Of a DNA stretch of 64,000 bases, positions 57,469 to 64,000 are shown piece by piece. The DNA is from Blautia sp. (GTDB lineage Bacteria; Bacillota; Clostridia; Lachnospirales; Lachnospiraceae). The number at the start of each line of letters is the position of its first letter. Within the stretch, counting starts at the first letter, position 1. The stretch covers positions 2,388-66,387 of the forward strand of contig JALEJS010000046.1 of the NCBI GenBank assembly GCA_022769545.1, written 5' to 3'. A model generated the notes under the pieces. The model was not told where the DNA came from. It made no database searches and saw nothing but the letters and a program-made list of their open reading frames with translations. The translations under genes were made by a program, and so were the position numbers.

Positions 57469-60108
57469 GTGAGCGAAAAAATATTATTGATCGACGGACA
57501 CAGTATATTAAACAGGGCATTCTACGGACTGCCGGATCTGACAAATTCCGAGGGGAAGCATACAGGAGCGGTATACGGATTTCTGAACATTCTGTTCCGG
57601 ATTCTGGAAGAAGAACATCCGGAGTACCTTGCGGTTGCCTTTGATCTTCATGCGCCTACGTTCCGGCATAAGATCTATGAAGCGTATAAGGGAACCAGAA
57701 AGGGAATGCCGGAAGAACTCAGGGAACAGGTTCCGCTGATGAAGGAAATGCTTTCTGCAATGGGTGTCTGTATGATGTCCATGGAAGGATATGAGGCAGA
57801 TGATCTGCTTGGAACTGTGGCAGTGGAAAGCGAGAAAAGAGGAATGGAAGTCACGGTGCTGTCAGGGGACCGGGACCTTCTTCAGCTTGCGACAGAAAAG
57901 GTGATGATCCGCCTTCCGAAGACCGTGAAGGGAAAGACAACCATCGAAGATTATCATGCAGACCAGGTGCTCGAACGATATCAGGTGACTCCTCCGCAGA
58001 TCATAGAGCTGAAGGCGCTTATGGGAGACAGCTCTGACAACATTCCGGGAATACCGGGGGTAGGAGAAAAAACAGCCACGAAAATCATTGTCCGGTATGG
58101 CAGCATTGAGAATGCGCATGAACATCTGGAGGAAATCAAGCCGAATAAGGCCAGAGAATCTCTGCGGGAGCATTATGATGTGGCTCAGATGAGCAAGGTT
58201 CTGGCAACCATCCATACGGACGCGCCGCTGGCGTTTGATTATGAGAAGGCCCGTCTGGGAGATCTGTATACCAGAGCGGCATATGAGCTGTGCAAAAGGC
58301 TGGATTTCAAAAATCTTCTCGGGAAATTTGACGGAAGTCTGGCTTCGGAAGCCGGAATGAAACTGGAATATTTTACCTGCGCGGATCTTTCCGGCAGTGA
58401 GACTCTGTTTGAGAAGGCAAAAAAGGAACCGTATGTTGCCCTGGCCCCGGCCATACAGGGAAAAGCGATTTATGGAATGGGGATTTCCTGGGGAAAGGAA
58501 GATACCTATTTCCTCCCGGTGGAAGGACTGCTTACCGGGGAATATTTGTGTAAAAAAGCGGAAGAACTGAAAGAAGACTGTGAGCTGTGTGCACTGGATA
58601 TCAAGAGCCTTCTGAAATTTGTAAATCTGGAGCAGCCGGAACGTGTATTTGATGCGGGGGTGGCTGCGTATCTTCTGAATCCACTGAAGTCCTCCTATAC
58701 CTATGATGATCTGGCGAAGGAATATATGGGAGGGACTCTGCTTCCGACCAGAGAAGACTTTATCGGAAAAAGTTCTTATGAGAAGGCGTGGGAGGCATCA
58801 GATCCGGGGCTGGGGACACTTCTGTGTCATATGGCCTATGTGGCTTTTTCCGTGCGGGAGCCGCTGGAAAGCAGACTGCGGGAAAATGGAATGTGGGACG
58901 TGTACAGTGAGATCGAGCGTCCGCTGATTTTTGCGCTGGATGCCATGGAAAAGCAGGGAATTCGGGTAAAGGGAGAAGAACTGAAGGAATACGGAGAAAA
59001 GCTGAACGTTCGGATCGGAGAGCTGGAAAAACAGATATGGGAGCAGGCCGGAGAGGAATTTAACATCCAGTCTCCCAAACAGCTGGGTGCGATTTTGTTT
59101 GAAAAAATGGGGATTCCGGGAGGAAAAAAGACAAAGACCGGGTATTCCACGGCTGCAGACATCCTGGAAAAGCTTGCGCCGGAGCAGCCTGTTGTAAAAG
59201 ATATTCTGGAATATCGTCAGCTTACCAAGCTGAAATCCACCTATGCGGATGGACTTGCAAATGTGATCGGAGAGGACGGAAGGATTCATTCGACATTTAA
59301 TCAGACGATCACTGCCACGGGAAGAATCAGCAGTACAGAACCCAATCTTCAGAATATTCCGGTTCGCATGGAGCTGGGAAGACTGATCCGTAAGGTATTC
59401 GTGCCGGAGGACGGGTTTGTTTTTCTGGATGCGGATTATTCCCAGATCGAGCTTCGTGTGCTGGCCCATATGTCCGGAGATGAAAAACTGATACAGGCAT
59501 ACCGGGAAGCACAGGATATCCACAGGCTGACGGCATCAGAGGTATTCCATATTCCTTTCGATGAAGTGACTCCGCTTCAGAGACGAAATGCCAAGGCGGT
59601 AAACTTTGGAATCGTTTATGGAATCAGCTCCTTTGGGTTGAGCCAGGATCTTAGTATCAGCCGGAAGGAAGCGGCGGAATATATTGAAAAATATTTTGAA
59701 ACGTATCCGAAAATCAAGGGCTTTCTGGATCATCTGGTGGAAGAAGGCCGGGAAACGGGTTACGTTACGACCATGTTCGGAAGGAGACGGCCGATTCCCG
59801 AGCTGAAATCGACCAATTTTATGCAGAGATCCTTTGGGGAACGTGTCGCCATGAATTCTCCGATTCAGGGGACTGCGGCAGATATTATTAAAATAGCCAT
59901 GAATCGTGTTTATGAGCGTCTGAGACGGGAGAATCTCAGATCCCGCCTGGTGCTTCAGGTGCATGATGAGCTTCTCATCGAAACCGCAGCAGACGAGATA
60001 GAGGCGGTTTCGGCTATCCTCGAAGAGGAGATGAAGGGAGCGGCCAGTCTGTCGGTAGATCTGGAGGTGGATATGCACGAAGGAAAAAACTGGTATGAGG
60101 CAAAATAA
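57469..60108 (+). CDS. polA: DNA polymerase I
   Basis: 5'-nuclease start ILLIDGHSILNRAF, Pol motif A LDADYSQIELRVLAH, motif B RRNAKAVNFGIVYG, motif C LQVHDELLIE. GTG start after GGGAGG. Confidence 0.95.
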   Translation: MSEKILLIDGHSILNRAFYGLPDLTNSEGKHTGAVYGFLNILFRILEEEHPEYLAVAFDLHAPTFRHKIYEAYKGTRKGMPEELREQVPLMKEMLSAMGVCMMSMEGYEADDLLGTVAVESEKRGMEVTVLSGDRDLLQLATEKVMIRLPKTVKGKTTIEDYHADQVLERYQVTPPQIIELKALMGDSSDNIPGIPGVGEKTATKIIVRYGSIENAHEHLEEIKPNKARESLREHYDVAQMSKVLATIHTDAPLAFDYEKARLGDLYTRAAYELCKRLDFKNLLGKFDGSLASEAGMKLEYFTCADLSGSETLFEKAKKEPYVALAPAIQGKAIYGMGISWGKEDTYFLPVEGLLTGEYLCKKAEELKEDCELCALDIKSLLKFVNLEQPERVFDAGVAAYLLNPLKSSYTYDDLAKEYMGGTLLPTREDFIGKSSYEKAWEASDPGLGTLLCHMAYVAFSVREPLESRLRENGMWDVYSEIERPLIFALDAMEKQGIRVKGEELKEYGEKLNVRIGELEKQIWEQAGEEFNIQSPKQLGAILFEKMGIPGGKKTKTGYSTAADILEKLAPEQPVVKDILEYRQLTKLKSTYADGLANVIGEDGRIHSTFNQTITATGRISSTEPNLQNIPVRMELGRLIRKVFVPEDGFVFLDADYSQIELRVLAHMSGDEKLIQAYREAQDIHRLTASEVFHIPFDEVTPLQRRNAKAVNFGIVYGISSFGLSQDLSISRKEAAEYIEKYFETYPKIKGFLDHLVEEGRETGYVTTMFGRRRPIPELKSTNFMQRSFGERVAMNSPIQGTAADIIKIAMNRVYERLRRENLRSRLVLQVHDELLIETAADEIEAVSAILEEEMKGAASLSVDLEVDMHEGKNWYEAK

Positions 60109-60189
60109 TGCTCCGTTTGGAAAAACGGCTGACCAGAGGAAGCGCAGAAAGATAAGGCAGAGGCTGCAGGAAACATTGAGGAGAAACAG

Positions 60190-60777
60190 ATGAAAATAAT
60201 TGGTGTGACCGGCGGAGTAGGCGCCGGAAAAAGTACAGTGCTGGAAATTCTGGAGAAAAATTACAATGCATATGTCATTCAGGCAGATCAGGTTGGACAT
60301 CGTGTGATGGATCCGGGGGCATGCTGCTACGAGCCTGTGATTGGACTTTTTGGGGAACAAGTCGTAAAAAACGATAAAACTATTGACCGGAAGATGATTT
60401 CCGATGTAGTATTTGCTAAGGCTGATATGCGAAAGGCGCTGAACGGTATCATCCATCCGGCTGTGAAGCAGATCATTCTTCAGAAGCTGGAAGAAAAAAG
60501 ACAGGAAGGCTGTCCTTTGTTTGTGGTTGAGGCGGCGCTTCTGCTGGAGGACCATTACGATGCGTTCTGTGATGCCGTCTGGTATATATATACCGAGGAA
60601 GCAATCCGGGTTCACCGCCTGATGGTGACCAGAGGCTACAGTATGCAAAAAGCGCAGGAGATCATTGCTAGCCAGGCGCAGGATGCATATTTTCGTGCGC
60701 ATGCGGATCTGGTGATCGATAACAGCGGAAATTTTGCAGATACATGCAGACAGATAAGGCAGGGAATAAATTTATGA
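60190..60777 (+). CDS. coaE: Dephospho-CoA kinase
   Basis: IGVTGGVGAGKST P-loop. polA-coaE linkage. Confidence 0.9.
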   Translation: MKIIGVTGGVGAGKSTVLEILEKNYNAYVIQADQVGHRVMDPGACCYEPVIGLFGEQVVKNDKTIDRKMISDVVFAKADMRKALNGIIHPAVKQIILQKLEEKRQEGCPLFVVEAALLLEDHYDAFCDAVWYIYTEEAIRVHRLMVTRGYSMQKAQEIIASQAQDAYFRAHADLVIDNSGNFADTCRQIRQGINL

Positions 60778-61571
60778 GGTTATGCAGCATTGCCAGTGGC
60801 AGCAGCGGAAACTGTATCTATGTGGGCACGGAATATACCCATGTGCTGGTGGATGCGGGGATCAGTGGAAAAAAAATTCAGCAGGGTCTGAATTCGCTGG
60901 ATCTATGTACCGCAGATCTGGATGGAATCCTGATCACTCACGAGCATTCGGATCACATCAAGGGGCTGGGTGTGGTCGCCAGAAAATATGAAATACCCAT
61001 CTATACCACAGGGGGAACGGCGGATGCCATGATCCGCAGCGGGGCACTGGGAGCGATTCCGGACGGACTGATCCATGAAATACAGGAGGATGAGGCTTTT
61101 TCCATCCGGGATCTGACCATTCATCCCTTTTCCATTCCGCACGATGCGGCACAGCCTGTGGGATATCGTCTGGAGCACGGAGAAAAGTCCGTGGGAATTG
61201 CGACAGACCTGGGAAAATACAATGAATACATCATAGATCATCTGCAGAATCTGGATGCTTTGCTCCTGGAGGCAAATCATGACGTGAGAATGCTTCAGGT
61301 TGGAAAGTATCCATATTATCTGAAACAGAGAATTCTGGGTGACCGCGGACATCTGTCCAATGAGAATGCCGGAAGACTGCTGTGCAGGCTGCTTCACGAC
61401 GGGATGAAAGCGGTATTTCTGGGCCATCTGAGCAAGGAAAATAATTATGAAGAACTGGCGTATGAGACTGTGTGCTCGGAGGTGACACTGGGGGATAATC
61501 CATATCATTCGAAGGATTTTCGGATTCAGGTTGCCAGAAGAGATGTGGTGTCTGATGCGGTGATCATATAA
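60774..61571 (+). CDS. MBL-fold metallo-hydrolase (YycJ/WalJ-like)
   Basis: SGSSGNC...ILITHEHSDHIKG (HxHxDH). ATGA overlap with coaE. Confidence 0.85.
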   Translation: MRLCSIASGSSGNCIYVGTEYTHVLVDAGISGKKIQQGLNSLDLCTADLDGILITHEHSDHIKGLGVVARKYEIPIYTTGGTADAMIRSGALGAIPDGLIHEIQEDEAFSIRDLTIHPFSIPHDAAQPVGYRLEHGEKSVGIATDLGKYNEYIIDHLQNLDALLLEANHDVRMLQVGKYPYYLKQRILGDRGHLSNENAGRLLCRLLHDGMKAVFLGHLSKENNYEELAYETVCSEVTLGDNPYHSKDFRIQVARRDVVSDAVII

Positions 61572-61599
61572 AAAAACAAGCAACGAGAGGAGTATTCAA

Positions 61600-61872
61600 A
61601 TGAAAAAAACAATCATTACAGTGGTAGGAAACGATACCGTAGGTATCATTGCAAAGGTTTGTACATATCTCGCAGAAAACAACGTCAATATTGAAGACAT
61701 TTCCCAGACAATTGTGCAGGGATATTTTAATATGATGATGATTGCAGATTTTGGCAAAGCACAGAAGGATACCGCAACAATTTCCCGGGAACTGGGAGAA
61801 CTGGGTGACAGCATCGGAGTGATTATCCGCTGCCAGCATGAAGATATCTTTAACATGATGCACAGAATCTGA
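61600..61872 (+). CDS. ACT-domain protein, UPF0237 family
   Basis: IITVVGNDTVGIIAKVCTYLAENNVNIEDISQT. 90 aa. Conserved partner of the next gene. Confidence 0.85.
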   Translation: MKKTIITVVGNDTVGIIAKVCTYLAENNVNIEDISQTIVQGYFNMMMIADFGKAQKDTATISRELGELGDSIGVIIRCQHEDIFNMMHRI

Positions 61873-61892
61873 CCGGACAGGAGAGAAGATAA

Positions 61893-63257
61893 ATGATCAA
61901 TATTTTTGAGGTAAATGAGACAAATAAAATGATTGAGCAGGAAAATCTGGATGTTCGTACGATCACGATGGGAATCAGCCTCATGGACTGTATCGACAGT
62001 GACCTGGACCGGCTCAATGAAAAGATTTATAATAAGATTGTGTCCAAAGCGGGAAATCTTGTGGAGGTTGGAGATCGTATTGCAGAGGAGTACGGGATTC
62101 CCATCGTAAATAAGCGAATTTCCGTAACCCCGATCGCTCTGATCGGATCTGCGGCATGCAAATGTTCGGCAGATTTCGTTGCCATTGCCAGAACACTGGA
62201 CCGCGCGGCAAAGGAAGTGGGTGTGAATTTCCTGGGAGGTTATTCCGCACTCGTGAGCAAGGGAATGACACCGGCGGAGGAGCTGCTCATTGAATCGATC
62301 CCGCAGGCTATGGCAGAAACCGAGCGTGTGTGCAGTTCTGTGAACGTAGGGTCCACCCGGACCGGTATCAACATGGATGCGGTGAAGCTGATGGGAGAGA
62401 TCGTGCTCCAGACTGCAAAAGCCACAAAGGATCAGGATTCTCTGGGATGTGCCAAGCTGGTGGTATTCTGCAATGCGCCGGATGACAATCCTTTCATGGC
62501 GGGTGCGTTCCACGGTGTGACAGAGGCGGACTGCATTATCAATGTGGGTGTCAGCGGCCCGGGCGTTGTGAAGACAGCACTTGAAAAGGTGCGGGGAAAA
62601 GATTTTGAGACACTGTGTGAAATGATCAAGAGAACGGCATTTAAAGTAACGCGCGTGGGACAGCTGGTTGCGCTGGAAGCATCAAAAGCACTGAATGTTC
62701 CTTTTGGAATCGTGGATCTTTCTCTGGCTCCGACACCGGCGATTGGTGACAGTGTGGCAGAGATCCTTCAGGAGATCGGTGTGGAGAGAGCGGGAGCACC
62801 TGGAACAACGGCTGCGCTTGCTCTTCTGAACGACCAGGTGAAAAAGGGCGGTGTCATGGCAGCAGAGGCGGTTGGCGGTCTCAGCGGTGCCTTTATTCCC
62901 GTCTCGGAAGATCAGGGAATGATTGATGCGGTAAACGACGGCGCCCTTTGTCTGGAAAAACTGGAGGCGATGACCTGTGTCTGCTCCGTGGGACTTGATA
63001 TGATTGCGATTCCCGGAGATACCAAGGCGACTACGATTGCCGGAATCATCGCGGATGAAGCGGCGATCGGCATGGTGAACCAGAAGACGACGGCGGTTCG
63101 TCTCATTCCGGTCATCGGAAAAGGTGTCGGTGAGGTGGTGGAATTCGGCGGACTTCTCGGATATGCACCGATCATGCCTGTGAATTCTTTCTCCTGTGAC
63201 GTGTTCGTAGAGCGCGGCGGACAGATCCCGGCTCCGATCCACAGCTTTAAAAACTGA
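61893..63257 (+). CDS. UPF0210/DUF711 protein (annotated in databases as a PFL-family protein)
   Basis: N-terminus [16 protein letters not shown] and C-terminus ...[13 protein letters not shown], typical of UPF0210. 454 aa. Confidence 0.85.
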   Translation: MINIFEVNETNKMIEQENLDVRTITMGISLMDCIDSDLDRLNEKIYNKIVSKAGNLVEVGDRIAEEYGIPIVNKRISVTPIALIGSAACKCSADFVAIARTLDRAAKEVGVNFLGGYSALVSKGMTPAEELLIESIPQAMAETERVCSSVNVGSTRTGINMDAVKLMGEIVLQTAKATKDQDSLGCAKLVVFCNAPDDNPFMAGAFHGVTEADCIINVGVSGPGVVKTALEKVRGKDFETLCEMIKRTAFKVTRVGQLVALEASKALNVPFGIVDLSLAPTPAIGDSVAEILQEIGVERAGAPGTTAALALLNDQVKKGGVMAAEAVGGLSGAFIPVSEDQGMIDAVNDGALCLEKLEAMTCVCSVGLDMIAIPGDTKATTIAGIIADEAAIGMVNQKTTAVRLIPVIGKGVGEVVEFGGLLGYAPIMPVNSFSCDVFVERGGQIPAPIHSFKN

Positions 63258-63266
63258 ATTTGATGC

Positions 63267-63295
63267 TTGACAGATATGATTCAGTGTGGTAAAGT
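63267..63295 (+). promoter_or_regulatory. Promoter of the T-box leader
   Basis: TTGACA, 17-nt spacer with TGG (extended -10), TAAAGT. Confidence 0.5.
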
Positions 63296-63304
63296 ATAAA
63301 ACAG

Positions 63305-63573
63305 TTAAACCGATGAGAAAGAGTAGTAAGCATTCCAGTGAAATCACAGAGAGCGGAGGATGGTGGAATCTCCGTATGGAACAGATTGCCGAATGGACTT
63401 TCGAGGGCGGCCCGAAATTTTCGAAGAGTAGGCGCCGACGGGAACCGAACCCGTTATCCATCAGGAGTGCATAGATAACCGTGCATGCGAAAGTGGACTT
63501 TACGTCAAGGTGAGTGGTACCGCGATAATAAGATTCTTATTACCGTCTCAGATTTTTCTGGGACGGTTTTTTT
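63305..63573 (+). promoter_or_regulatory. T-box riboswitch leader, specifier UGG (Trp)
   Basis: GA/K-turn GATGAG, S-turn AGTA...GAA, AG bulge AGAGAG, distal GGTGGAA, specifier GAA-TGG-A at 63394..63396, T-box sequence AAGGTGAGTGGTACCGCG (63507..63524), and terminator ACCGTCTCAG/CTGGGACGGT plus a T-run (63542..63573). Confidence 0.88.
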
Positions 63574-63639
63574 GTATCATTCAGAACATCCAACAGCCGG
63601 TTATTCCAACAATTCATTTCAGAAAAGGAGAATAACAAA

Positions 63640-64000
63640 ATGAAAAAAAGAACAGCAGCAATCGTACTCGCAGCAGCAACAGCTATGGCAATGACAACCA
63701 GCGTATTCGCAGCAGATTACAGAGTGGGAATCATCAAATATGTGGATGATGCTTCTCTGGACCAGATTGAACAGGCGATTATGGATGAGCTGGATGCAAA
63801 ATCTGCAGAGGGTGAAGATACCTATTCCTATGAAGGACTTGTATATAACGGACAGGCAGACGGCACACAGCTGGCAACGATCGAGGCAAGCCTGATCGAT
63901 GAAGAACCGGACATTATTATTCCCATCGCGACTCCGGTGGTGACCACATTGTTAAGTGCACTGGAGGACAGCGATATTCCGGTCGTATTTTCAGCCGTAT
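63640..64000 (+). CDS. ABC transporter substrate-binding protein (ABC_sub_bind / TrpX-like family), 3'-truncated by window edge
   Basis: AAAGGAG RBS. Signal peptide MKKRTAAIVLAAATAMAMTTSVFA. YRVGIIKYVDDASLDQ is typical of this binding-protein family. Confidence 0.8.
   Translation, partial: MKKRTAAIVLAAATAMAMTTSVFAADYRVGIIKYVDDASLDQIEQAIMDELDAKSAEGEDTYSYEGLVYNGQADGTQLATIEASLIDEEPDIIIPIATPVVTTLLSALEDSDIPVVFSAV

Noticed and set aside
1-64000. CRISPR arrays, transposases/IS elements, prophage genes, restriction-modification or other known defence systems, and rRNA genes.
   Set aside because: Reading the ORF translations and intergenic regions found no regularly spaced direct repeats, DDE/serine/tyrosine recombinase motifs, phage structural genes, methyltransferase/endonuclease pairs or rRNA-like sequence.

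Overview
This 64-kb window looks like chromosome from a Clostridia (Lachnospiraceae-like) Firmicute. That placement is an inference from gene content and order, strong GGAGG-type RBSs, a type-A RNase P RNA and a T-box leader. Almost everything is core housekeeping on tightly packed, often overlapping genes. In order: dnaG-rpoD-trmK-yqfO, a TGS/uridine-kinase-like gene, rnpB, pyrBI, folC-pheA, a DUF815 ATPase with ppx-ppk1, and a MATE exporter. Then glmS, a 1429-aa BcrAD/BadFG activase-dehydratase fusion, tgt-yajC, leuB-ilvD-ilvB-serC-serA, an S8 peptidase and icd. A complete early tetrapyrrole/corrinoid cluster follows (cbiK, then hemA-sirC-hemC/cobA/hemD fusion-hemB-hemL). The rest is aroC, corA, tRNA-Leu(CAA), ftsH, polA-coaE, an MBL hydrolase, the ACT/UPF0210 pair, and a Trp-specifier T-box ahead of a truncated ABC substrate-binding gene. 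Two patches look accessory. (1) An AT-rich ~1.7-kb islet sits between the MATE gene and the 3' end of tRNA-Glu(CUC). It carries an intact yefM-yoeB toxin-antitoxin pair with a TGTACA-type operator, plus decayed RHH-like gene fragments. (2) glmS is flanked by two paralogous secreted transglutaminase-core/Ig-like/Fn3-like proteins. Just upstream of glmS, a 143-bp segment holding an intrinsic terminator and a sigma-70-like promoter is bracketed by 22-23-bp imperfect inverted repeats. This has the geometry of an invertible (phase-variable) promoter switch and is my best candidate for something undescribed. I saw no CRISPR array, transposase, integrase, prophage or recognisable defence gene, and no convincing multi-gene novel system. 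The many long antisense ORFs in the track are shadow ORFs. All homology calls come from motif recognition by eye, with no database search.
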